This document shows positions 52,316 to 64,000 of a stretch of DNA of 64,000 bases, one piece after another. Both the position numbers and the translations under genes were made by a program. The notes under the pieces were generated by a model, which searched no databases, was not told where the DNA came from, and worked only from the letters and a program-made list of their open reading frames with translations. Origin of the DNA: Sphyrna mokarran (taxonomy: Eukaryota); the NCBI GenBank assembly GCA_024679065.1, contig JAGIQG010000009.1, positions 96,720,001-96,784,000 of the forward strand, in the 5' to 3' direction. How positions within the stretch are numbered: position 1 is the first letter of the stretch; each line of letters opens with the position of its first letter.

Positions 52316-52819
52316 GGTTGTTTGGGTTGTTGTGTTTGTGGGTTGGGTTTGTGTGGTTTGGTTTGGTGTGGGGTTGGGGGGTGGGGTTTGGTGTTGTGGT
52401 TGGGGGGTTTGGGGGTGGGTTTGGTTGTTTTGTGGGGGGGTGGGTTTGTTGTTGTGTCTCCTTCTGCTCCTAAGTTTTATGTGCCTCTACCAAGCTAATG
52501 GTGTAGGAATGGGAACTTTGCAAAAGGCAAAACAGAAATCCAAGGATTTTCGCTGCCCGCTTAATCCGAGTTAAGAGATGTGTCAGTTTAAGTCTATTTG
52601 ATTAATTATAAATACCATCCCCGCCCCCATCGCAGTATTCTATTGTCTGCTCCAGTACCCTCGCCCCCAGGACCAGTTCAATCAACCCTATTCGGGGCAT
52701 CATTTAGTTTCTCTGTTTAATTCTTGCCTGGTTAAATTAGTATGTAATCTACATAGTTAATGTGGGAGTGAAGATGACGTGGAAGAAGCAAAAAATAAAT
52801 GACGTTTGCTTTCTTATAG

Positions 52820-52951
52820 GAGCAGAGAGCCGGATTCAAAAACCGGATAATTCTATGGATGCATCGACGGCCCTGTTTATAACAAAGACGTTGTTTGTAT
52901 TGCTCCTGTTCTCGACAACTATTGTCATATATTACCGAAAAAAAAACAAAG
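52820..52951 (+). CDS. ncr3: Gene B stalk+TM exon (GAESRIQKPDNSMDASTALFITKTLFVLLLFSTTIVIYYRKKNK) with intramembrane Lys
   Basis: ttgctttcttatAG acceptor, G|GTGCAT donor, 132 nt phase 1-1; hydrophobic stretch with Lys, ending YY plus a basic stop-transfer sequence like NKp30 (…TVYYQGK). Confidence 0.85.
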
Positions 52952-54134
52952 GTGCATGTTGTTTCTATGTGTAATCTCAATCCGTTCACAGTACTAACGG
53001 ATCGGCCGCGTTTTTATTTAAAGAACTATGCATCAATTTCATTTTGGAACGGTGTACAATTCCAAGGTGCAAACTCAAGAATTGCAAATTATTTAATTAA
53101 GGCAATTTGTTTCCGTCCACGAGCGTGGCTGGTTAGAAATATTGACTAAATTTCACAGTCCCAATTCCGCAATGCATTCAGATAACGAAGTGAACCCAAT
53201 GAAAATGCAAGCTTATTACTCTTCAGGCGACGTAATACATAGAATCTCCGCAATTAACTTCTAATAACTAAACGAAATGCTCAATTTCATCTTTCCATTA
53301 TAAGATTGACCGTTAATTAATTACACTGAAAATATAATGCTGTCTAAATTTGTAATTTCGCTTTCATCAGTGGAATTTATCAATTATCATAAAAAGAGTT
53401 CATTTACATCCTTGTCCTGTTGTTCTAATGAGCAGGATCAGTTTTCAGACGTGAAAGATTTAAGTTCAATGTTAATTTATTGTCACAAGTAGGCTTACCT
53501 GAACTGAAGTTACTGTGAACACCCCCTAGTCCCCACATTCCGATGCCTGCTTGGGAAGTGAAGAAGAATTTAACATAGTCGATGCATCTAACTAGCATGT
53601 CTTACCTACTGTGGGAGGAAAGCAAAGCATCTGGAGGAAACCGTGCAGAAATGGGGAGAATAGACAGAGTCACAGTATGTGGCCCAAGCCAGGAATCGAA
53701 CCTGGATTCCTGGTTCTGTGAGGCAACAGTGCTAACCACTCTTTTCACAGAATCCTACAGTACAAAAGGAGGCCATTCGACTCATCGAGTTTGCATCGAC
53801 CACAAGACCACCCGAGCCCTATTCCCATAACCTATACATTTACCCCAGCTAATCCCGCTAACACTAAAGGGCAATGTAGCATGGTCAATCCATCTAACCC
53901 GCACATCTTTGGACGGTGTGGGGAAACCGGAGCACCCGGAGGAAAGTCACGCAGATATGGGGAGAATGTGCAAACTCCACACAGACAGTGCCCGCAATCC
54001 AGGAATCCAGGTCCCTGGCGCTGTGAGGCAGCAGTGCTAACCACTGTGCTACCGTACTCCGCTAAGGCGTTCTGAAAAGGGGATTTTTTTTTCATTCATT
54101 TAACTTGCATAATTCCTTTAGCTCTACATATCAG

Positions 54135-54208
54135 GTATCAGAAGGCCCGAAGGTCCATGGTTGGAGTCAGTGTCACTGAAGACGAATTGCGTATTCATAA
54201 AGTGTTGA
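54135..54208 (+). CDS. Gene B candidate terminal cytoplasmic exon (GIRRPEGPWLESVSLKTNCVFIKC*; or EGPKVHGWSQCH* from the acceptor at 54142)
   Basis: Acceptor AG at 54133-54134 or 54140-54141, open in phase 1, AATAAA at ~54310. Confidence 0.45.
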
Positions 54209-54524
54209 TAAATGCTGTTTTCGTTTGCAAATGAATGTGAATTTGCTGCTGGAACTTGCGACTGTGTATTGCCGCTCTTGTTTTAAAGTTTTGAAAATAA
54301 TTTAATGAAAATAAAATACCTGGCACATGCCTGGAAGCTTAAAGGAAAACTAAACCAGAAAGGTTCAGAACATTTTGCCATCTCATCGCCATTCACGCTG
54401 TAAAACAGGCAAGGTAACTTTTCAGTGTAATACGAGACGAAAATTAACATTCTAATCAAACAGAGATTGTGCCCTAACAGGCAATCAATGCACTGGGTCC
54501 AGTTTATACCTCAATGGTAAATTG

Positions 54525-55225
54525 AGAATATAAGAACAAAAGAACTAGGAGCAGGAATCGGCCATTCTGGCCCCTTGAGCCTGCTCTGCTATTCAACAAG
54601 ATCATGGCTGATCTTTTCTTGGGCTCAGCCCCACTTACCGACCCACTCATCATAACTCTTAATTCCTTTACTGTTCAAAAATTTATCTATCCTTGCCTTA
54701 AAAATATTGAATGAGGCAGCCTCAACCGCTTCACTGGGTAGGAAATTCCACAGGTTCATAACCGTTGGTGTGAAGAAGTTCCTCAGTCCTAAATCTGCTT
54801 CCCCTTATTTTGAGGCTATGCCCCCTAGTTCTAGTTTCACCCGCCAATGGAAGCAATTTCCCTGCTTCTATCTTACCTATTCCCTTCATAATTTTATATG
54901 TTTCTATGAGATCTGCCTTATTCTTCTGAATTGCAATGACTAAAACCACAGTCTACTCAGTCTCTCCCCATAAGTCAACTCTCTCATTTCTGGAATCAAC
55001 CTAGTGAATCACTTCTACACCCACTCCAGTGCCAGTATATCTTTTCTCAAGTGAGGAGACCAAAACTGTACACAGTATTCCAGGTTTGGTCTCACCAACA
55101 CCTTATATAGCTGCAATATAATCCCGCTGTTTTTAAATTCCATCCTTCTAGCAATGAAGGACAAAATTAAGTTTGCTTTCTTAATTATCTGCTGCACCTG
55201 CAAATCAACTCCTTGAGATTCCTTG
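54525..55225 (-). mobile_element. CR1 3' fragment
   Basis: LYKVLVRPNLEYCVQFWSPHL..DLIETYKIMKG ORFs. Confidence 0.85.
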
Positions 55226-55289
55226 AGAATGAACCTCATATTGCCTTATCTGAAGATGCCTGTTAACAAACCGATACCTTTAAGATATG

Positions 55290-55640
55290 TGTGCCATCAA
55301 CACCTGCTTTCACCTCGTCAACATCCCCTGGTGTCACCCCTGCCTCTGCTTCCTCATTCATTCTTTCTGTGTCTGCACTGTTGTCTATACAAACACAGGA
55401 TTAGCTGATCTCTTGAAATCTACCCACCACGCTGCTGCCAGTGTTTTAACTCGCAGGCAAATGCCGCTGTACTATCGTCTCTGCGCTCGCTTCATCGGCT
55501 CGCATTCAAGCGATACGTTGGTTTTAAGGTTCTTATCCTTGTTTTCAATTGCCTTAATGAGCTTGCCTTTTCCCATACCATTGAACAACACCAGTCGAGA
55601 TATTTGTTCACCTCTCATTCTGGCCTATTGCGAATTCCCA
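55290..55640 (+). mobile_element. Old L2-like LINE 3' remnant
   Basis: AAASVLTR…LHRL…GFKVLILVF-like degenerate L2 C-terminus. Confidence 0.4.
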
Positions 55641-57025
55641 GTTAGAATTGCTTCACAATTAGTGTTTCTTCGGTTCTGACTCTTTAATTGCCTCAGATCC
55701 AAGCTGCGGCATTCCCATTTTATATCTCTCCATCTATTCACTGGGCTTGCTGTCAATCTGTTACGAGGGGAGTTCAGCCTGTGAGTAAGGATGGCATTCT
55801 TCAGTTATAAAGCTCATTAGTGAGACTATGACCGGAATTCTCCCTTCCCACCAGCCACTGGAATTTTAGCGGGCGGGCTGAGGAGAATGTGAAATGTTAT
55901 TGACCATCGGACGGGAATTTTCAGCCTTTTGACCAGAGCCACTGGAGAATTCTGCCCTACAGTGATCAGAGTAGAACTCCTTGTTTAAGAAAGGATGTAA
56001 ATGCAATGTAGGCAGTTCAGAGGGGTTTTAACCAGGGTGACAGTTGGAATGAATGAATTTTCTTTTATGAGAAAAGTTTGGACGCACGGGGCTTGTTTTC
56101 ACTGAAGTTTAGAAGAGTGAGAGATGATTTCATTGAATGTTATAGAGTCACAGAGGTTTACAACATGGAAACCGGCCCTTAAGCCCAACTTGTCCATGCC
56201 GCGCTTTCTTTTTTAAAACTCCTAAACTAATCCCAATCGCCCGCAATTGGCCCATAGCCCTTTGTACCCATCATACCTATGTAACTGTTTAAATGCTACA
56301 AAATTGTATCCGCCTCTACTACTTTCTTTGGCAACTTGTTCCAGGCACTCACCACCCTCTATGTGAAAAAGTTACCCAACTGGACACTTTTGTATCTCTC
56401 CCCTCTCATCTTAAACCAAGCCCTCTAGTTTTAGTTATACTATCCTGAAATGTGACTAAATGGATGTGGAAAAGTTGTTTCCTCTTGTGGGTGAGTCAGA
56501 AGAAAGGTAGACTGTTTAAAAATGAAGAGTTTCACAGATGAAGCAGAGATGAGGGTTTTTTTTTTATTCTCTAAGGGAGTTATGTGACTATGGAAACTCT
56601 TTGCCTCACAAGAAAGTGGAGACAGGGTTTCTCAATAACGTGAAGGCAGCGGTGGAAGGAGTTGTGTTAGTCAAGAGAATCAAAGATTATCTGGGGGTCG
56701 TTAGAGAATGTGAAACTCAATAAAAATAGAAGAGCCATGATCTTATTGAATGGGAGAGCAAGCTGGAGGAGCCGAGTGGCCTGCTTAGACTCCTATTTCG
56801 AAGGTTTGCATGTCTTCAACACAATCCTTACAATTTTCCCCTTCCAGCAAGATTTCAGTTACCTGACCTAACATCTCCTTCAGTGTTCAATGCATCGTTT
56901 GCTCTGTAACATTTCCCTGAAGGTTTTTCTTGAAGGTTTTCCCTAAAGATGTAATAACATCAAAGATGCAACATTGTTTTTATTAGAAGGATACATTGCA
57001 GAAAACTTCCGTTTTGTTTCCTCAG

Positions 57026-57069
57026 GCGGCTGTCTTGAAGCTAACTTACTTTATTGCAATAAAACTTGA
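57026..57069 (+). CDS. Gene B alternative candidate terminal exon (GGCLEANLLYCNKT*)
   Basis: Strong acceptor ttccgttttgtttcctcAG|G, open in phase 1 to TGA. Confidence 0.35.
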
Positions 57070-57499
57070 GAAGAATGAGAATGAAGAAGTTAGCCATCAT
57101 ATTTAAACAAAAACTCCATCATTTTCACACGAGAAAGGGTTCAAAAATGTTGCCATAGTTTGTGAACTTTAAAATATTCGAGATACTTCTTCAAGGCACA
57201 GACTTGCTTCATACTGGGGATAGAGAGGGTAAAATATTTGCACAATTCTTTTTTCCTTCTCCCCAAACTCAATTTTCACTTCCATCTGTTCGGGAATACA
57301 GTCGGTGAGACAGATCCTCAAAATGAAACCTGAAAATAATAGCAACTTTAAAGAAAAACTTTCCCCATGGCAGAGGGCATGAGTACAACGTGAGGATAAA
57401 TGGTTTAGAGAAGACCTGAGGGAGAAAATGTGTCATCCAGATGCGGTGGGAATATGGGAATGTGGTGCGTGAGAGGATGGTGAAGGCAGGTACTCCCGC

Positions 57500-58325
57500 C
57501 AGTGGCGGATTAACTACCACCGGGACCCCTAGGCTGAGTTTTAGTAAGGCCTCCTGACCTTGCCCCCGCCTCACCCTTCGTTGAAGAGAATAAAGTGACG
57601 TTAAATGACGTTAGATAACTTATACCGTTGTACTATGTATAATGCATACATATATAATATCATAAAGTTGTATGAATCAATTACAGCCCTTTTATTCATT
57701 TATTTTTCATTTTCTTTACATTTGTACTTTAAAAAGCTTCCGTGTTTTTTTTTCGCTTACAAAAGTATCGATAACAGCAGGTAGATCAACAGATCGAAGC
57801 ATGTCTGATTCAATGTCCATGAGTGCCAGAGGACCAAGTTTCTCATCACTCATTATTGAACCAAATAGATTTTGATCCTCTTCAGTGTTGAAAATGAACT
57901 TTCACCTGAACAGTTAGTGATCATTAAGGACAGATAAACTCTAAAGCAAAAGTACGTACTTGGATGCACCTCTTGCAGTCAATCTCTTGGCAGAGCTTGA
58001 TACATCCCAGTGATAGCGACATCATCATCGGATTATCCTTGAAGGTACTTCTGAAAGTGGACGAGCATGAGAAACTCTTTGCTGCATTTATTTTGAATTT
58101 ATTTGCATGTATATAAGTCGGGAGGGGAGACGGATGAAGCTCCTCTATTTATAGATATTTGTTATATTAATTCACCCATGGGTATAGTTATGAAAATTTA
58201 TTCACTCTTAAAAGGGTTAAACCATTTTTTTTTACTCTCCGCCTCTCCACACTACCCCCCCCCCCCCCCTCCCTTCCGGGCCCCTAGGTTTAAACCTACT
58301 CAACCTAATGGTTAATCTGCTACTA
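57500..58325 (-). mobile_element. Internally deleted hAT (Tip100-like) DNA transposon, 826 bp
   Basis: TIRs CAGTGGCGGATTAAC / GTTAATCTGCTACTA, 8-bp TSD actcccgc/actcttgc; minus-strand remnant LSLMITNCSGESSFSTLKRIK…MSDEKLGPLALMDIESDMLRSVDL of the hAT C-terminal dimerization domain; inserted in a CR1 3' fragment. Confidence 0.85.
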
Positions 58326-61300
58326 ACTCTTGCTATATTTAAGAAGCATCAGGACGAGCACTTAATTAGCCAAGGCATGGCGGACTGTGGATCACGTGCT
58401 GGGAAATGATCATAGAATCATCATTTGGCCCATCAAGCCTGCACGACCACAATCCCAACTAGGCCCTATCCCCTTAATACCTTGCATTTACCCTGGCAGT
58501 TTCATTAACACTAACATGGTGGGCCAAAAGTCCTGATGCTGTGCTGTGTGTCTCTATGATTACAATAACACAATCACAAGATCATAGAGTAGAATTGTAG
58601 AATGCCTACAGTGCAAAAGTCAGCCATTCGACCCACTGAATCTGCACTGACTTGGAACCTGCATATCTTGGGAAACTATTGAACAATTTAGCGCAGCTAA
58701 TGCATCTAACCTGCACATCTCTGGAGTATGGGACAGAATCTGTGCACCTGGAGGAAACACAAGCAGACAGAGGGTGAACATGCAAACTCCACACAGACAA
58801 AACTTCAATTAATCTTGGGTACCTGACACTATCAGAACAGCAGTGCTAACCAGCAAAGTGCTTCATGTTTAAAGAGGATTTTCCCAGGTCATGTTCAATG
58901 TTTCTGTCCTGATTTTTATGAAATAAACTCACTGGTTATCTTCTCTGTTGCAAAACACACTTTAATGAATTTCAGTCCAAATCAGTATTTTTATTTATTG
59001 TAAATACATTTCAGTTTCTTATCGCTCACACAAGCTGAAAAGTCTCAAGCATGTTTGACAATTGCAATGCAGTTGCAAGACAAAATAGACAGACAAAAAT
59101 GACAGTCACATTTCCATGTTTGTATGCGCAGAAGCATCAAATAACATCCAGCAAGACCACGAAGTATTAAAACAAATGTGGTTGGAACAAACTGACCTGT
59201 AACTCGCATAATTAGAGGACAAAATAAATGAATATGACCAGCTTCTGGCTGTCAAATCGGGCTTGGAGAGGAGAGACATGTCCTCACAACTATGATGCCA
59301 CTCACAATTTTGCAAGCTGGCGCTTTTACCTCTGATGAGTCCACAGCCAATTTGTACACACGCAGCCCAGTTATAATCCTTTGGTATTCTGTTTCTTCTT
59401 GTGGTGCTTTTGTCTTCATACTGACGATTTAGAACATCTTCTCTTACGCCGCCTATGTATTTGGTAGCTACATGCACCACAATAATATGATCCTTCCCCC
59501 TCCCACTGCATGCTCCTCTTAAATCTGAGCAAATATCCTGGACCCTAGCGCCGGACAGTCAACACAGCTTTTAAAGTTTATTTATTAATGTCACAGTAGG
59601 CACAGTAGGCTTACATTAATACTGCAATGAAGTTACATTGAAAATCCCATAATCACCACACTCTGGTGCCTATTCAGGTACGCTGAGGAAGAATTTAACA
59701 TGGCCAAGCACATAATCAGCAAGTCTTTTGGGCTGTGGGAGGAAACCAAAGCACCCGGTGGAAACCCATTCAGATAGAGGGAGAACGTGCAGCTTCTGCA
59801 CAGACAGTGACCCAAGCCAGGAATCGAACCCGGGCTCCTGGCACTATGAGGCAGCCGTGCCACTGCCTGCACACTCACTCTTTGCTGCAGAACAAACGGT
59901 CAATCTTTCTCACTATAGTGCCCTTCACTATAACTGCATTCCTGTTTCCTCCCACAAACCCTCTTCCCAACTGCCAACTGCATTTCACTGGTTTCCTGTA
60001 ACAACAACAGTATCATGGCCAGTCTGCTCATCCAATTTGCAGTCTTCACTTTCATCCACACAGATTGTCAACACCTACAATCTGTTCGACATGTACAATG
60101 TCTGATGTACTCCAGTACACTCTACTTGGTCTCGTTCCCCACCTCACTCATGGCTATATCCTCCTGTCCTTCACCACTGACCAAAACAAACATTTATTCC
60201 AAGAATTCTGACTGTCTTTTGGGACAATGTGTTATATTACTTCTCCCCTTCCCTTATGTTGGACGAGTCTGTTGTTCGAATTCCATATCAATAATTCTGA
60301 CCTGGAAATCTGCACTCTCTGCACTATTGTCAATGCTTGTCACATTGGCATTCATAACTACCCACATTCCCCAGCTACAATGTAACATCTGTCATGCATT
60401 TTTACTTATATTATTCCATTAATTTAGTTATTTTTTTAATTTCGTGCTAGTTAGGTGTATTGGTCGTGCTAAATTCTCCCTCAACATACCCTAACAGGCC
60501 TAGAATGTAGCGACTAGTGGATGTTCACAGTAACTTCACTGCAGTTAATCTAAGCCCATTTGAGATACTAACACATAAACTTAAAAAAGCTTAATTCGCT
60601 TATAGACTACATTGCACTGCACAAATTAAATGCGAGTACCACTGACAACTACAGGTTATACGTATTCCAATTAAAAAAGAATACGTTTTGGGTGTTTATT
60701 TCAAGGATTTTATTTTAATTTGAATGTTTTAATTGCTTTTATTTATAGATCGACTCTAACTCCTATGCGCTAAATTGGTTACTAACTCACTGTCGCCGAC
60801 ACGAATCATTAACTGGCCAATCAACTTATGTTCTATTTACTATAGTATTTCCTACAGGCATTTAAACCTTAAGAATAGAAAACGCTTAACCACTCTTCGA
60901 TATGGACTAAACCACTGGCTTCTTCTCCAACCAATCTAATCGCTCCTTTTCTCTAATGCTGCCAAATGCTTTCAATTTCCCATTGTTTTTGCACTTTCAC
61001 TGCCTCTCTATGTGCTGTTTTTAATGCGTCGCTGTCCTGTTCAGCAGCTGCTGTGATTCTCTCACTGCCTCTCAGCTCTCTGGCTCCAATCTCCCATCGC
61101 CCCTCCACTCACGCTGTTTTTGCCCCACTTTCACTGACTTTCCACCTTCTGTTTTCAATGTCCCACTGACCCTCCACATGCACCCCGCCCTGCCCTCCCT
61201 CCCCCCTCCCCTTCTATGAATTTAGGTCAGTGGTTAGTACTGCTGCCTCACAATACCAAGGATCCGGGTTCGATTCCCAGCTTGGCCACTGTTTGTGTGG

Positions 61301-62534
61301 AGAATGCACATCCTCCACTCTCCAAAGATGTGTAGGTTAGGTTGCTTGGCCATGCTAAATTGTTCTTTAGATTCAGGGGGTTACTAGCGTTATGGGGATA
61401 GAGCCTGGGTGGGATTGTTGTTGTTGCAGCCTCCATGGGCTGAACGACCTCCTTTGGCACTGTAGGGATTCTATAATTCTACTTCCCAGTCCTTTGGCCC
61501 ACCACTATCTCCTACTGTATTTGTACATTCTGCTTTTCAAACTAACATTATCTTTGACCTCCTTTGTTGAGGTAGACTTTGTCTCTTTCTCCTGGTCATC
61601 ATTTTTTGATTGGAATTAACTCGTGCTAAACATTTTGGAACAATTACTTGTTAACAGTTATTATCTTTGGAACAGTTATTTGTTATTTGCCACTCCTCAT
61701 CTTGACCTGAATCTTAGCTTGTTTATCCATTTCACATAAATAGCTTTTCCCTCAATTCATTATAATTGTCCTCATTTAAGTTGAAGACACAGGTTATAGA
61801 CATGGCATTCACCCTCAAACTTTATCTGGAATTCTATCATATTGTGGTCATTACTCCCTAGGGGATGTTTAGCCACACCATCCCTTATAAATCCTTCTTC
61901 ATTACACAAATAACATCACTGCATCCAGTCTGTAGTACCCCGTCCTTATCGTGTACGGTTTTTGCGTTTCGCCAGTACGTAGAACATTAGTCTGGGCATT
62001 TAGATTACAGGTCTGTCACATGCAATTGGGCAGCAATACCTCGAGCCTGCTGGTCGAGTTTAAAATCTGCGTAACTCTGTTATGTGAGAATGAATATTGA
62101 AATAGAGCAGTAGCGAACATGAAGTCAAATGGGAAAGTCCTGATAGAGGCACATGGGAGCAAAAGGAAGCAAGTTAGCCCCTCGAGATTCAATGGAATTC
62201 AATTCCTACACCGATGAAGAGTATCATATATTTGGAAGAGAATAATTTTACTGTTGGAAGCGTTATAAAATGGGTCTTAGCCAGGCTTTGCCTGCAAGTG
62301 ATTTGAACAGCAAGAAAAGCTGGGTGTTGTGTATAGTGGGCATCCAAATGTCTTCCATCTGCTTTGTACCCACCGCCAGTTAAAACATCCCGATCAGAAT
62401 GATTCACAAACCCAGAGTTACTCACAAAGAAGTAAATTACGTGTAATACCAAGAATCCTTTTCATCTTCCTTGTTCCAAGTCACCACGTTCTCCTGATCC
62501 TTCGGAAACATTAATAGGCATCATGCTATTTTTT

Positions 62535-62885
62535 TCATTCATTCGTGAGATATGGGCTGGCTGGCTGGCATTTATTCCCCATCCCTAGTTGACCGAGGGC
62601 AGTTGAGAGTCAACAACATTGCTGTGGCTCTGGACTCACATGTAGGCCAGACCAGGTTAGAATGGCAGATTTCTTTCTTAAAGGACATTAATGAATCAGA
62701 TGGTTTTTTCCGACAATCAACAATCCATTCAGTCATGAGCAGATTTTGAATTCCAGTTTTATTTTACATTGGTTCAAATTCAAATTCCACCTTCTGCTGT
62801 GGTAGGATTCGAACCCCCAATCTCCATAACAATAGCCGAGCTACATGATTCATAGCTTAGCGATGGAACCATCAGGACATCGCCT
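62535..62885 (-). mobile_element. SacSINE1-like DeuSINE (other copies ~8070-8790, 11720-11890, 28465-28620, 32640-32985, 34555-34905, 42765-43070+)
   Basis: gggcagttgagagtcaa.cacattgctgtgg.tctgga.tcacatgtaggccagacc…ggcagatttc core, tRNA-like head. Confidence 0.7.
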
Positions 62886-62909
62886 CCCCCTGTCATTACT
62901 TTTATTACG

Positions 62910-63296
62910 AGGAAGAATGTTTCCCCAAGTCCCTAATCCGCAAACTCTTTGGTCCGTAACTAATTCAGTCTCGTTCTTTGAATAAAGTTGTTAAAACACA
63001 CAAAGCTTTGCGGTTCCGCAATTTTGCAAATACCCCTAATGGTATGCATTTCCTACTCACTTTCTTTGAAACTATAGTTCAAAAACCGGCCAGCTTGAGA
63101 CCCTGAAAACCTCAAAGCAGTGGAAACACGAACTAAGCCTGAGAGAAAAGTAATCTTCATCTGATATTTTCCATTGCGTCACATCCAGTCGGTTTCATTG
63201 ACATAAGTATCTATTTAAAAAAAAATGAGCTGTGACCTTTACCTCAGTCCCACAATAAACTGTGAATAATTTCGTTTCATTCAAGCAGTAGCTAGC
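62910..63296 (+). promoter_or_regulatory. Gene C promoter region, paralogous to the gene B promoter
   Basis: Shared motifs ttccc.aagt.cctaat, tttctttgaa.ct.ta.ttca.aa.ccggccag, cattgc.tcacatcc.gtc.gttt.attg.cata, cagtcccac, gctagcATG. Confidence 0.6.
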
Positions 63297-63339
63297 ATGG
63301 TTTCTAGTTTCGAGTTCTGCATCCTGGTCCTTGGAATGG
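63297..63339 (+). CDS. Gene C exon 1: leader MVSSFEFCILVLGM(G) of a further NCR3-like paralog extending beyond the window
   Basis: gctagcATG context, 43 nt, donor G|GTAAGT, similar to the gene B leader; upstream sequence homologous to the gene B promoter. Confidence 0.78.
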
Positions 63340-64000
63340 GTAAGTACTTTCTGAATTCACATTTTGGTATAAAGCTGAACATATCACGCTTTAACATGTT
63401 ATCACATTGGCACAGAATAATCCATGCTCCCCAGGCGGTTTATTCCAGGCAGGATTGTCCCTTCTTCAGTTACCTTCTTTTATTTCATTCAATGTGGATG
63501 GGGCAGCAATACACAAGCTCCCCTTATTACCCTGTAAGTACAAGTGTTCAGAGCTCGGCTGGAATGGTCTCCTCTTGAGTTCCAAGCTGGCGTCCCCCCA
63601 CCCCATCACTCCAATAGATCTAATCTGACATGATGGGATATTGACTACGCAACAACTTCCGAGACCGATTGAACTTCGTTGGCATCAGTCCATCTATCTA
63701 TGCCAGCAAAGGCTTTTTAAAAAGTTGTTTCACCAAATGTGGGCAATATGTTGTCCAGCTGCAGTCTCATGTATGATACATTAAACCAGGGAGAGGGTTC
63801 TCAACCACAGTCAATAGAAGCTTCACAGCCACCTTTACTGAGAGCATCCATCTGAACTCATTTATCCAGCATCCCAGTTTGGGCCTCTGGATTACCAGAC
63901 TGGTAGCATTACCATTGCGCCGCCGTCTCCCTTAAATGATATTATGGATATTTGGTGCTGTGATAGATAACTATCACCAATTGAATCCCACTCTTAACTA

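Noticed and set aside
52267-52574. Gly/Val/Trp-rich hydrophobic ORFs
   Set aside because: Translations of the G/T low-complexity tract
59106-59480. 124-aa minus-strand ORF
   Set aside because: No recognisable motif or splice context; probably a chance ORF in non-coding or LTR-like DNA

Overview
Eukaryotic, AT-rich (~40% GC), repeat-dense DNA. The repeats (HE1/V-SINE, SacSINE1-like DeuSINE, CR1, Rex/Babar, Penelope-like fragments) point to a cartilaginous fish (shark). The window holds a cluster of NKp30/NCR3-like VJ-type IgV receptor genes, which I reconstructed from splice signals. (A) A minus-strand gene (38890->26103) has one leader, FOUR tandem 342-bp IgV exons, a candidate Cys-containing stalk exon, an Arg-containing TM exon and two short cytoplasmic exons (~556 aa). 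(B) A divergent plus-strand gene (from 43181) has one leader, TWO 339-bp IgV exons, a Lys-containing TM exon and alternative candidate tail exons. (C) A third paralog's leader exon and conserved promoter lie at 63297 and the gene continues beyond the window. (D) The 3' cytoplasmic micro-exons of an upstream plus-strand gene (1831-16524) encode tyrosine signalling motifs (SIYTPM, GYDEL) that could form an ITAM-like or separate ITIM-like motif depending on splicing. Mammalian NKp30 has a single V domain, so the multi-V, single-leader, all-phase-1 architecture is the most notable signal. Also present: an internally deleted hAT (Tip100-like) element with TIRs and an 8-bp TSD, nested CR1 insertions with TSDs, and a probable assembly artefact (G/T-only tract) inside gene B. 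Exon calls come from reading splice sites by eye and need RNA confirmation. Repeat boundaries are approximate.
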